Below are positions 1 through 10,937 of a stretch of DNA of 24,323 nt, one piece after another (the stretch's first letter is position 1; each line of letters opens with the position of its first letter). The notes under the pieces are model-generated. The model saw only the letters and a program-made list of their open reading frames with translations, was not told where the DNA came from and did no database searches. Source of the DNA: Macrostomum lignano (lineage: Eukaryota); assembly GCA_002269645.1 (NCBI GenBank), contig NIVC01000964.1, forward strand, positions 1 to 24,323, given 5' to 3'. Both the position numbers and the translations under genes were made by a program.

Positions 1-440
1 TCAATGAAATCTGGAGGCAAAAGTGAGTGAGTAGAAGCTATCAAGTCTTGAGAGAGAGCTAGGGTGACCTGAGCAAGTGTCTCAGAGATAAGGACCGAAG
101 TCTGCAGCAGCTCAGCTCATGCAGTGACAGAATTTCGGCAGACCTGCAATGCTGCTTTCAATGGCTTATCGCTGTCATGCCGATCTGGCAGATCTAAACT
201 AGCAATTATAGGCTCGTAGAATTACAGAATTTTTTATTTTTGAATTCAAGTTGATCGCATTTTTGGCAACTGTTTGGTTTATTTATAGATGAGATAAAAT
301 GCTTGGCGCTGATTGTTGACAGATAGCGGAGCAGGCCCAGCTCAAGATTGCTGAGGGCTCTTGGTGAGTGGGGCTGGGCGCTTTTAGCGAAAACCTGGCG
401 CAACTGATTCAAGTTTGACGCCTGTGGGTGCTTTGCGCCA

Positions 441-1092
441 TCTATTCCAGTCTGGCGCCCTCTATTCCAGTCTGGCGCCCTCTATTCCAGTCTGGCGCCC
501 TCTATTCCAGTCTGGCGCCCTCTATTCCAGTCTGGCGCCCTCTATTCCAGTCTGGCGCCCTCTATTCCAGTCTGGCGCCCTCTATTCCAGTCTGGCGCCC
601 TCTATTCCAGTCTGGCGCCCTCTAATCCAGTCTGACGCCCTCTAATCCAGTCTGACGCCCTCTAATCCAGTCTGACGCCCTCTATTCCAGTCTGGCGCCC
701 TCTATTCCAGTCTGGCGCCCTCTATTCCAGTCTGACGCCCTCTATTCCAGTCTGGCGCCCTCTATTCCAGTCTGGCGCCCTCTATTCCAGTCTGGCGCCC
801 TCTATTCCAGTCTGGCGCCCTCTATTCCTGTCTAGCGCCCTCTATTCCAGTCTGGCGCCCTCTATTCCTCTCTATTCCAGTCTGACGCCCTCTAATCCAG
901 TCTGACGCCCTCTAATCCGGTCTGACGCTCTCTAATCCAGTCTGACGCCCTCTAATCCAGTCTGACGCCCTCTAATCCAGTCTGACGCCCTCTAATCCAG
1001 TCTGACGCCCTCTAATCCAGTCTGACGCCCTCTAATCCAGTCTGACGCCCTCTAATCCAGTCTGACGCCCTCTAGTCCAGCCTGACGCCCTC
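441..1092. repeat. 20-bp minisatellite, ~32 copies, unit TCTATTCCAGTCTGGCGCCC with variant TCTAATCCAGTCTGACGCCC in blocks
   Basis: Read directly. ORFs 415..645 and 428..625 are translations of the repeat (20-aa period). Confidence 0.97.
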
Positions 1093-1476
1093 GATTCAAG
1101 TTTAGCGCACTAATTTAAGCTTGTCACCCTTTCGTACCAAAGGCCCATTAAAGATCGCGCTGTCCCCCAGCGCTTGCACAAGCGAAATGTCAGCTGGCCA
1201 TCCATGCACGACAGCAAGACAAGGGAAATGTCACGCTTGGCCTGGCAATTGGGATTCGTATTTCACTGCAATCCCTCCTGTTTCAGAGACAGCCTCCCGA
1301 TGGGCTGGGGTGGCAAGGGAAGTCAGCAAGAGTGCCTGGATCGGCAACTGCGCTTGCGCACTGGAAACTGAGATTTGCGATTGATGAATTGCTTTATCAG
1401 AGTCCTGCATCCTGCTCAATAAACTTGACTGTCTTATGATATGGAATAATGGGTTTTTGCTCTATGGATGAAATAT

Positions 1477-2799
1477 CTCAGATTGGCACCCCCTGACTCT
1501 CAGATTGGCGCCCTCTGACACTCAGATTGGCGCCCCCTGACCCTCAGATTGGCGCCCCCTGACCCTCAAATTGGCGCTCTCCCCTGACCCTCAGATTGGC
1601 GCTCTCCTCCTGACTCTCAGATTGGCACTCTCCTCCTGACTCTCAGCTTGACGCCCTCCCCTGACTCTCAGCTTGGCGCCCTCCTCCTGACTCTCAGATT
1701 GGCGCCCTCTGACTCTCAGCTTGGCGCCCTCCTCCTGACTCTCAGATTGGCACTCTCCTCCTGACTCTCAGCTTGACGCCCTCCCCTGACTCTCAGCTTG
1801 GCGCCCTCCTCCTGACTCTCAGATTGGCGCCCTCTGACTCTCAGCTTGGCGCCCTCCTCCTGACTCTCAGATTGGCGCCCTCTGACTCTCAGATTGGCGC
1901 CCTCCCCTGACTCTCAGCTTGACGCCCTCCTCTGACTCTCAGATTGGCGCCCTCTGACTCTCAGATTGGCGCCCTCTGACTCTCAGATTGGCGCCCTCTG
2001 ACTCTCAGATTGGCGCCCTCTGACTCTTAGTTTGGAGCTCTCCCCTGACTCTCAGCTTGACGCCCTCCCCTGACTCCCAGCTTGGAGGCCTCCCCCTGAC
2101 TCTCAGCTTGGCGCCCTCCTCCTGACTCTAAGATTGGCGCTCTCCTCCTGACTCTCAGATTGGCACCCTCCTCCTGACTCTCAGATTGGCGCCCTCCTCC
2201 TGACTCTCAGCTTGGTGCCCTCCTCCTGACTCTCAGATTGGCGCCCTCTGACTCTCAGATTGGCGCCCTCTGACTCTTAGTTTGGAGCCCTCCCCTGACT
2301 CTCAGCTTGACGCCCTCCCCTGACTCTCAGCTTGGAGGCCTCCCCCTGACTCTCAGCTTGGCGCCCTCCTCCTGACTCTAAGATTGGCGCTCTCCTCCTG
2401 ACTCTCAGATTGGCACCCTCCTCCTGACTCTCAGATTGGCACCCTCCTCCTGACTCTCAGATTGGCGCCCTCCTCCTGACTCTCAGCTTGGTGCCCTCCT
2501 CCTGACTCTCAGATTGGCGCCCTCCTTCTGACTCTCAGATTGGCGCCCTCCTTCTGACTCTCAGATTGGCGCCCTCCTTCTGACTCTCAGATTGGCGCTC
2601 TCCTCCTGACTCTCAGCTTGGAGCTCTCCCCCTGACTCTCAGATTGGCGCTCCCTGACTCTCAGCTCGGTGCCCCTGACTCTCAGCTTGGCGCCCCCTGA
2701 CTCTCTCAGATTGGCGCTCCTTGACTCTCAGCTCGGTGCCCCTGACTCTCAGCTTGGCGCCCCCTGACTTTCAGCTTGGCGCTCCCTGACTCTCAGCTT
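1477..2799. repeat. ~22-27-bp variable minisatellite (CTGACTCTCAG[A/C]TTGGCGCCCTC[CTC]), roughly 50+ copies, with higher-order duplications
   Basis: Read directly. Marker variants recur at 125-bp and 250-bp spacing. Confidence 0.96.
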
Positions 2800-3249
2800 T
2801 ATATGCTCACTACTAGCTTAGCGCCCCACTCCAACCTGCCCAGCCCCCAAAGGCCATCTGTACTTGGTCGAGCGCAGGCCATGGAGAAGCCGTGGCAAAA
2901 AGTGTTCTGTCGGGTTGCAGCTGCACTCGCTGACCTCAGATCTGAGGTTGCCGGGTCGCTCCCCGGGAGGCAGTGCTCGCTCGCTAATTCCCTTTCATAG
3001 TCGCTCCCAGCCTCGCGCTCTCCATCTCAAGTGCTATGTGTGACAAAAATCCCTGACAAGTTCCACTCAACGCGCTGTCGATCCCGCCAAGCCAGCCTGC
3101 CCTTCCGTCCTCACCGACAGGCGCAGATGGGCAATCTTTGGAGAGTTTGCCTAGGAAAACCGCTCTGGCCCTTTGCTTGGCCTGACTAACTGGGTTAGGG
3201 GTCATTTGAAGCGGGCATCCATGAGCTGAGACCCAGAGGCCGCTGTTCA

Positions 3250-3760
3250 CGCGCTGGTGTCGGTGCGCAGGTGCGGACGTGTACAGCAGGTGTACGAGCT
3301 ACCACAGGGTGTACAGCAGGCCCTGCTTGGACCCAACCGCAGGGACATCAGGGCGGTGACCATGGCCATCTCGGGTCATGGCTGTTTCGCCAGACATCGT
3401 CACCTTCAGGGAAAAATCCGTAGTGAGAAATGCCCATTCTGCCTCGCCTTCTGTGAATGCCCCGCCTTTACTCAGGACAGGCTCAACTACCTCAGCCCAA
3501 ACCCGGACCTCTCCGACGTTTTCAGGCCCGAGAATCTCTGCCAGCTCGTCCGCTACCTAAAGGCTACCGGGCGAGCGACAATCCACCTCCTGGACTCTCC
3601 GGAGGGGGACCGCGCTGCAGACACCCGCAGCACCGAATCTCCCTGCGCGACACCGCAACACCAGCTGCCCGTGGTCGCCAGGGGTCATGGGCGGCAACGC
3701 CTCCTCGCTACATCCGGGTGCACGGAGCCCCCTGCAGCCAAGTCAATTAATTCAAGGGTG
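3250..3760 (+). mobile_element. 5'-truncated non-LTR retrotransposon (LINE) 3' fragment, C-terminal end of ORF2 (LOA/R1/I-like zinc-knuckle region)
   Basis: ORF 3257..3844 reads [58 protein letters not shown]. This matches the GH..H..CxxC...CxCPA..R pattern at the C-terminus of RNase H-bearing LINE ORF2s. No RT or endonuclease is seen upstream. End coordinates are approximate. Confidence 0.72.
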
Positions 3761-3908
3761 TACACTCTGGGCCATTGGGTTGGGCCTCGCATACAGACGG
3801 GAAATTTCCGGGTATGGAACCCAAAAAACTGGAGTCTATATTGACAGAAAAAAAAATTAAATTAGTCAATTTAAACAAGTTTAGAGATTTTCCTATCAAA
3901 TATGGCAC

Positions 3909-3994
3909 GCTGAGTAAACATACAAATAATATTTTGGCTGAGTACAATTATGATTTTGGCTGAGTAAACATGCAATTATGATTTTGGCTGAGTA
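3909..3994. repeat. Short tandem repeat, 4 copies of GCTGAGTA separated by (AACATG)CAATTATGATTTTG-like spacers
   Basis: Read directly. Confidence 0.8.
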
Positions 3995-4131
3995 AAAGCG
4001 GATGAGCTGTTAGCTATGATGTTATTTGTACACAAGCAGATTCCGCAATTCAATGTGTGCTCAAGGTGAGACGAAAGTGTACGCTGTCTTTTCTCATCTG
4101 AGGTTTTTTTCTCGCCGAGTTCTCTTGCCCA

Positions 4132-6843
4132 TCAGATGTGGAAGTTCAGGCAGTTCATCAGCTCCTGGCCCTTGCGGGTGGACATCGCGTCCTTGAACTC
4201 TCTTTTTGTCAGCGTGTCCCTGGAAGCCTGCGGGATGGCCAGCGTGCCAGTTGAGAGTGCATTTATCATCGGGTTTTCTAATCCACAAAACCTGCGCCGA
4301 CTTCCCTACTGAACCAATCACGATCGCATTCTATCGGAATTGTTTGCGAACTACTTTAAGTAGTATTGAAGCTGCATTTTCCTAACCCAATTCATTCTGA
4401 ACAGCTGTAAAAATTAACGGTCACCTGAACTCCTGTTCCACTAGCTTTCAAAAACTCCCAGCCTTCACAATCCCCAGCCTTCACAATCCCCAACCTTCAC
4501 AATCTCTAGCCTTCACAATCCCCAACCTTCACAATCTCTAGCCTTCACAATCCCCAACCTTCACAATCTCTAGCCTTCACAATCCCCAGCCTTCACAATC
4601 CCCAACCTTCACAATGCCCAGCCTTTGCAAACCCTAGCCTTCACCATCCCCAGCCCTCACCATCCCCAGCCCTCACCATCCCCAGCCCTCACCATCCCCA
4701 GCCTTCACCATCCCCAGCCCTCACCATCCCAGCCCTCACCATCCCCAGCCTTCACTCAAGCTGCTCACCAGAGTGGGAAAATACTCCTCCAGGTCCCAGA
4801 CTCGCTCGGCATTGTTGGCGATGCGGCTGGCAGTTCGGATGGCGCGGTTCATTTCCTCGACGCTCACCTGGCCGTCGCCATTGAAGTCCATCATCTGGAA
4901 CAGGTCTGCGGCGGGTGCAGCAGGAACAGTTTAGACACAGTTGAGACACAGTTGAGACACAGTTGAGACACAGTTGAGACACAGTTGAGACACAGTTGAG
5001 ACACAGTTGAGACACAGTTGAGACACAGTTGAGACACAGTTGAGACACAGTTGAGACACAGTTGAGACACAGTTGAGACACAGTTGAGACACAGTTGAGA
5101 CACAGTTGAGACACAGTTGAGACACAGTTGAGACACAGTTGAGACACAGTTGAGACACAGTTGAGACACAGTTGAGACACAGTTGAGACACAGTTGAGAC
5201 ACAATTTAAGACACATTGAAAACAACACTGCAGGGACACATTGAAGACAACACTGCAGGGACACATTGAAGACAACACTGCAGGGACACATTGAGGACAA
5301 CACTGCAGGGACACATTGAGGACAACACTGCAGGGACACATTGAAAACAACACTGCAGGGACACATTGAAGACAACACTGCAGGGACACATTGAGGACAA
5401 CACTGCAGGGACACATTGAAAACAACACTGCAGGGACACATTGAAGACAACACTGCAGGGACACATTAAAGACAACACTGCAGGGACACATTGAAGACAG
5501 CACTGCAGGGACACATTGAAGACAACACTGCAGGGACACATTGAAGACAACACTGCAGGGACACATTGAACTTATTGAAGACAACACTGCAGGGACACAT
5601 TGAAGACAACACTGCAGGGACACATTAAAGACAACACTGCAGGGACACATTGAAGACAACACTGCAGGGACACATTGAAGACAACACTGCAGGGACACAT
5701 TGAACTTATTGAAGACAACACTGCAGGGACACATTAAAGACAACACTGCAGGGACACATTGAAGACAACACTGCAGGGACACATTGAACTTATTGAAGAC
5801 AACACTGCAGGGACACATTGAAGACAACACTGCAGGGACACATTAAAGACAACACTGCAGGGACACATTGAAGACAACACTGCAGGGACACATTGAACTT
5901 ATTGAAGACAACACTGCAGGGACGCAAGTGTCCAGAAATGAACTTACAGTCGATTTTCTTCTCCATCGGCAGCTTCGAGCTGTACACCATGGAGATGGAG
6001 AACTCGTAGAAGTCGATACTGCCGTCCTTGTTCAGGTCCAGCATATCGAACACGGAGTCCCACAGTTTCTTGTCGCTGATGGGAGGGCATATGGGGAATT
6101 CATTTTCAAGCTAATAATTGCTGATCCCATCTCCTGTAAGACCATCCCCCACACCCAACATCAAGCTTACAATGGCTGGCCATGAAGTGAGCGCTTGATG
6201 GTCTCGTGAAACTGATGCCGCGACAGGCTGTCCCTGTTGTTGGTCAACTGGAAGAAGCGCTTCATCATGTCGCCTGTCTCCGCTTCGGAGACTGGAAAGC
6301 AGGCGGTGACGCACTAGTTATAGATGCACATATGGATATAGGCAAACTTCTAGGGTTGGCAAACTTTTTTACGCTCGTACTACAAGGGCCAGATAGAGAA
6401 CCCAGCGCATGACTGCGGGCCAGAGGAGGGGAGAGAGGAGAGAGAATAGAGAAGAGAGGAGAGATGAGAGATAGGAGAAAGGAAAGGCGAGGGGACGACA
6501 GGTGAGGCGAGAGGAAAGTGAGAAGACGAGAGGAGAGGAAATATGAAATGGGAGAATGAGAGGAGAGAAGGGAGAGGAGAGAAAAGAGAGCTGAGCAGAG
6601 ACATGGACCTTGAGCGGGCCGGATTGCTATTGTGAATTTTCAAAGAACCCAAGGGCCAGATAGAGAGGCTTTGCGGGCCGCACGTGGCCTGCGGGTCGGA
6701 GTTTGCCGACCCCTCCACACCATGTGTGAGCGTGCCGCTGCGAACGTATTCGTGCTCAGGGACCAGCGGATACTGGTCGGTGACTTACGTTTCAACTCGC
6801 CCTGCACCTTCTTCATGCCGTCGCGACTGTGGCTGTGTCCCAT
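4132..6843 (-). CDS. N-myristoylated EF-hand Ca2+ sensor (NCS/recoverin/calcineurin-B-like/calaxin group), 178 aa, 5 exons: 6843-6789, 6291-6171, 6075-5948, 4905-4769, 4227-4132
   Basis: All four introns are GT..AG and phase-compatible, giving 537 nt. Protein: MGHSHSRDGMKKVQGELKLSEAETGDMMKRFFQLTNNRDSLSRHQFHETIKRSLHGQPFDKKLWDSVFDMLDLNKDGSIDFYEFSISMVYSSKLPMEKKIDYLFQMMDFNGDGQVSVEEMNRAIRTASRIANNAERVWDLEEYFPTLASRDTLTKREFKDAMSTRKGQELMNCLNFHI*. It has an MGxxxS motif and canonical EF loops DLNKDGSIDFYE and DFNGDGQVSVEE. Confidence 0.92.
4457..4755. repeat. 16-bp minisatellite (AGCCTTCACAATCCCC, variants CCCT/CACC), ~19 copies, in intron 4 of the EF-hand gene
   Basis: Read directly; ends ~12 nt from the splice donor at 4768. 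Confidence 0.93.
4927..5203. repeat. 11-bp minisatellite (GAGACACAGTT), ~25 near-perfect copies, in intron 3
   Basis: Read directly; the 11-aa period in ORFs 4891..5202 and 4752..5453 is an artefact of it. Confidence 0.97.
5205..5922. repeat. 25-bp minisatellite (GACACATTGAAGACAACACTGCAGG), ~27 copies, some with a 9-bp insertion (CTTATTGAA), in intron 3
   Basis: Read directly; abuts the 11-bp array. Confidence 0.96.
6350..6715. mobile_element. Degenerate hAT (Charlie/Tip100-like) MITE with an internal GA-rich tract, in intron 1
   Basis: Imperfect TIRs CTAGGGTTGGCAAACT (6350) and AGTTTGCCGACCCCTC (6700-6715). Internal AAGGGCCAGATAG and GCGGGCCGCA motifs are typical of MER58/MER5-like hAT MITEs. 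CAAGGGCCAGATAGAGA occurs twice around a purine-rich tract (~6421-6600). No 8-bp TSD is visible. Confidence 0.6.
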
Positions 6844-7446
6844 GGCTGACTGTCTGACCGCGCGCGAGAATCAAAATCGCAGAGGCGCTGAAAGCAACTG
6901 CTGTTGTGCCGGACAAACTCAATTTTGCCAGCACCTTTACGCTAGCGCCGCTTTTCAAAGACAGAGAGTTGTCATTTTTCCGTGCTCAACCGGTGTACAC
7001 TCCGTGCGAAGCTGTTTGAGACTCGGTTTGAGAATGCGGTGGAAGAGAGGAGAGCTGGGCAAGGCGGGGTGGGCGGTTTGAGTTGTAAACTCAAACGAAG
7101 ATGGCCTCATCAGAGCTAAAAGTAGCTCTGAAACAGCTGCAGTCGACATCACTCTCGACCCATTGTTCACCGCTGCGAGTGGGAGGCTCGGTGCGCAGGC
7201 TGCAGAAAGCCAAGCAGCTCTGCCGAGCTCCGATTCTGAATCTCAGCTGCGGCCTTCACCCAATGTGACCCAAGTATGAACTCCAGTTTCGGAATCTGTT
7301 TTCAAATTGAGACTTGAACGCTGCAAAAAAATATACCTTCTGCATTTCATATTTCATAGTAAATATGAGCGTATTTTGCTCTCATGACATCTATGTGGTA
7401 CCCGTCATCTATGCCGACTTTGGGTCGCTGTACACAAACTTAGTGC

Positions 7447-7447
<1 letters not shown>

Positions 7448-7509
<62 letters not shown>

Positions 7510-7514
7510 GCCTT

Positions 7515-7557
<43 letters not shown>

Positions 7558-7694
7558 GCCTTTCTGTCTGTCTGTCTGTCTGTCTGTCTGCCTGTCTGTC
7601 TGTCTGTCTGTCTGTCTGCCTGTCTGCCTTTCTGTCTGTCTGTCTGTCTGTCTGCCTGCCTGTCTGTCTGTCTGTCTGTCTGTCTGTCTGCCTT

Positions 7695-7773
<79 letters not shown>

Positions 7774-7805
7774 GTCTGCCTTTCTGTCTGTCCGTCTGTC
7801 TGTCC

Positions 7806-7841
<36 letters not shown>

Positions 7842-7869
7842 GCCTTTCTGTCTGTCTGTCTGTCTGTCC

Positions 7870-7907
<38 letters not shown>

Positions 7908-7922
7908 CTGTCTGTCTGTCTC
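7448..7922. repeat. (TCTG)n microsatellite, ~475 bp, interrupted by GCCTT/GCCT/CCGT variants, followed by a T-rich tract to ~8000
   Basis: Read directly; ORFs 7314..8138 and 7448..8089 are artefacts. Confidence 0.98.
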
Positions 7923-9368
7923 TTTACAATTTTTTACAAAAAATTTTTTTTACATTTTTTTCTTTTTTTTCTTTTTTACAATTTTTTACTTTTTACAATT
8001 TACAACTCATTCGAAAATTTTCGGTGGAGGCGAGGCCACCTGACCTTGACTACTCAACTGGGACAAAAACCTGGACCCGGTGCTTTTGAAGTTCTCCGTT
8101 ACTCTTTACCGTCAAAACAGATACGCTTGCACATGTAACGAATCACTGGCCTCTACGAAAATCCAGGGTTTGAGCGCAGGTCAGCCGCGCTAGAGCCGCA
8201 CAAGCTGCTCGGATAAAAGTTGACATTGCTGGGATCAGCTGACTCTCGTCAGATGACTCTGCGGTGCTGTAGACAGTGCTGCAAGCAAAATGCCATACCA
8301 GGAACTTGTATGAACTTGAACATCGCACGAATGGGTTACAACTGTTGAGTTGCTGTTTACCCAAGAGGATAAATCAACAGTGCGCTTAAAAAACAAGCAG
8401 ATACGGTGGACGATTGACACCCGACACTGAGCAAAGTTGCGGAGGCCAAAGTCAAAGCGCGGGGTGGCGAATTGTGGCCGGGACAGAATCATGCTGCGTC
8501 TGCGGTTAGGCCAAATACGAGAATTCAGAGTTAGGGAATGATATCCGTGACGAAGGAAAAGTAAGCTACGAAATTTGGCACAAAAACGCAGGTTAGCCGT
8601 GTGCGGCTGTGTCCTCCGCTTTCAGAAAACTGCAAGCCATTCAGCCCAGGGCCAAGAAGCTCAGCGGTAAACGTGCCCGACTCTCAAACCCAAGTCACAG
8701 AGTGTACATGCCTGACGGTTAGAAAGTCAGGACCGCTGTACATCCTGGGTGAGCGTGTGCGTGAGTGCGTGTCTGCGTACAGTATTCGTATGTTCTCCGG
8801 AGTCAGCGGAAAGGACAGAATTTTTCAAGGTGTTGCAGCAGTCCGGCAGCAAATCTTACTCTTATGAGCTGACACCTCGAAGAAAACACGCAAGGACCAA
8901 ACACCGTTCGAATCATGGCCAGGTTATACTTAGTCGGAAAGTCAAAAATCAAAATTCAGTTAAACAGTTTGAGTTCCGGCTTCTGAATATCGAGCTGAGC
9001 CACGATTGATCCCTTCCTCATGACAATGGGCCGCTACTCCGCCTTTGAAAAGCCACCATCGATAAATTTCCCTCTTTGAAGCTGAGCAACCTGATGCGAT
9101 TTAGAAGTCTGCAATTCGGGTGTGGTCAAAAAAAGTTAGCTCGTAAAATCGAATTTTTGAATCGCGTAGTGGAAATCGAATTCCAAGGAAGAATTCAGCC
9201 GAATTTTTGTGTGTCGAATTTCAGCCGGTTGTGGGAGACTATAAAATTCTCACGGGCTCTTTGCAGTTGCGAGCCCTGCAATCTGGGAAAGCTCAGGCGG
9301 CTTGCTCAAGTGAAGACTTCACCAACTGCAGGAGGCCAGCTGCTGTAAGCTCCTCGGTTTGCTCTGTA

Positions 9369-9388
9369 AATAGAATAGAATAGAATAG
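9369..9388 (+). repeat. (AATAG)4 microsatellite, possibly the 3' tail of a retroposon ending here
   Basis: The repeat is seen directly; the tail interpretation is inference only. Confidence 0.55.
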
Positions 9389-9599
9389 CTAAAAAGAGTT
9401 ACCTGAAAGCTCCATCGCTATTCGGTGTCTCCCACCAGCAACGCAGAGCTCTCCCAGACGCATGCATTATGCATTCATCTTGTCGAGTCCTGATGGTCTC
9501 AGCTTAGTTTGCTCAACCAAACATTTTATAAACAGTTTCTGAAGGTTTAAATAACCTCCTCAAACAGACTCGCGCAACTCGTCCACTTGCAGCTTTCTG

Positions 9600-10421
9600 A
9601 TGATGGACGGCGACTTGGATGCGAGAATTCGCGCTGCGGCCAGCGTCTTGTGGAAGTACCCGCCGCTTGTGCTGCTCAGCTTGTGCTGGCTGGGGAACTG
9701 CCTCTCCTTCCTGGTGCTGTCCAGGCCCGCCATGAGGGACAACAGCGTCAGCGTCTACCTGCGCTTCATCGCCCTGGCCGACACGGCCACCACCACGGTG
9801 GGCCTCGGCCCGAGAGTCGTTCAGCAGTGGGCGGTCGGAGCCGCAGCTTTCGAAGAGTTGAGCAACTTCACCTGCAAGCTCCACCGCTTTCTGTTGTTCG
9901 GCTGCGGAGACCTGGCCATCTGGTGCCTCACAATGCTCACTGTTGACCGGCTGGTCATCGTGAAGCTGCCGCTCCGGGCTGGCACGTGGTGAGTCTGGGA
10001 GCAGCTAAATGAGCGATTTAGCATTGCCGAACTGCAAAGGAAACATCGTCTAAAGCAACAGTCGCTAATTTTCCTAATTTGATTTGCATGCAGGTGCAGC
10101 AAGTCGCGGGCCCGAAATATCTGCTTGTGCATCACGCTGCTCGGCATCGGTAAGAACCTCAGCTCGCTGTGGAGCCGCGGTGAGCGCTGGGAGCTCCGTC
10201 CTGCCGCGTCGGCCAACGGAACCGGCTCGCTCGCGCCCGCCCTGACCGCCAAATGCGGCCAGCTCGTTGAGTTCGACTTCTACGAGAACTACGTCCGCAC
10301 CTGGCTCGGATTCAGCACCTACTTCTTCGGGCCGCTGCTGGTCATCGCTGTGAGCAACGCCCTGATTGTCCGGCAGCTGCTGCTCTCTCGGAAGCGTCGA
10401 CAGGCCATGCAGGAGGGCCAC

Positions 10422-10453
<32 letters not shown>

Positions 10454-10937
10454 AAAGCAGTCGGCCGATGACACAAACAGCAGCATGACCCGCATGATGC
10501 TGCTGGTGACGCTGATGTACGTTGTGCTGATCACGCCGAGCATGTCAATGTACATCTCGGCTCCGTACTGGCCGAGCTACAGTCCGTTTCCAGCTTGCCA
10601 AGAGTTGGCCTCTGCAGCAACGGACGTGCTGGTGTATTCCAACCACACGATGAACTTCTTCATGTACGTGCTCAGCGGCAAAAAGTTCCGAGACGAGCTC
10701 GTGGACGCGCTGCTCTGCCGCTCGGACAGGAGCCGCCGCAGCCGCTACTCGGCCAACTCCGATCCCGGATGTCGAGCCGAGCTCCTCCGGTTTCCCGGGC
10801 TTCGCAGCTGCAGACTGTCGCCTCAACCCCGGCTGCTCCTGACCTGTGATCTGATGGATAATGCAACATTGAAGCCGACTGCGAATGCCGATGTCTCGAG
10901 AGTCCGTAGATGCGTTCTTAAAGGTGGTTTTGGGTGA
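9600..10937 (+). CDS. Class A (rhodopsin-like) GPCR, invertebrate peptide-receptor type (FMRFamide/sex-peptide/TRH-receptor-like orphan), ~410 aa, 2 exons: 9600-9988, 10094-10937
   Basis: The 105-nt intron (TG|gtgagt...tgcag|G) joins PLRAGTW to CSKSRARNIC in frame. Motifs: GN (TM1), IALAD (TM2), C..K..DRL (TM3, DRY variant), ECL2 Cys, P in TM5, ITP (TM6), NHTMNFFMY.LSGKKFR (TM7/H8). The N-terminus may extend via an upstream exon: the frame is open from 9555 and includes an NSS sequon. Confidence 0.92.

Noticed and set aside
1-200. Coiled-coil-like reading (DLSKCLRDKDRSLQQLSSCSDRISADLQ)
   Set aside because: In-frame stops, no start, no recognisable family, and truncated by the window edge.
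441-1092. CRISPR-like appearance of regular repeats (also 21407-21800)
   Set aside because: Units are directly tandem with no unique spacers, there are no cas genes, and the context is eukaryotic.
4752-5830. Long Cys-rich ORFs (233, 299, 115 and 103 aa), and ORFs at 7314-8138 and 21278-21832
   Set aside because: Translations of stop-free tandem repeats; the first set lies inside an intron of the real gene.
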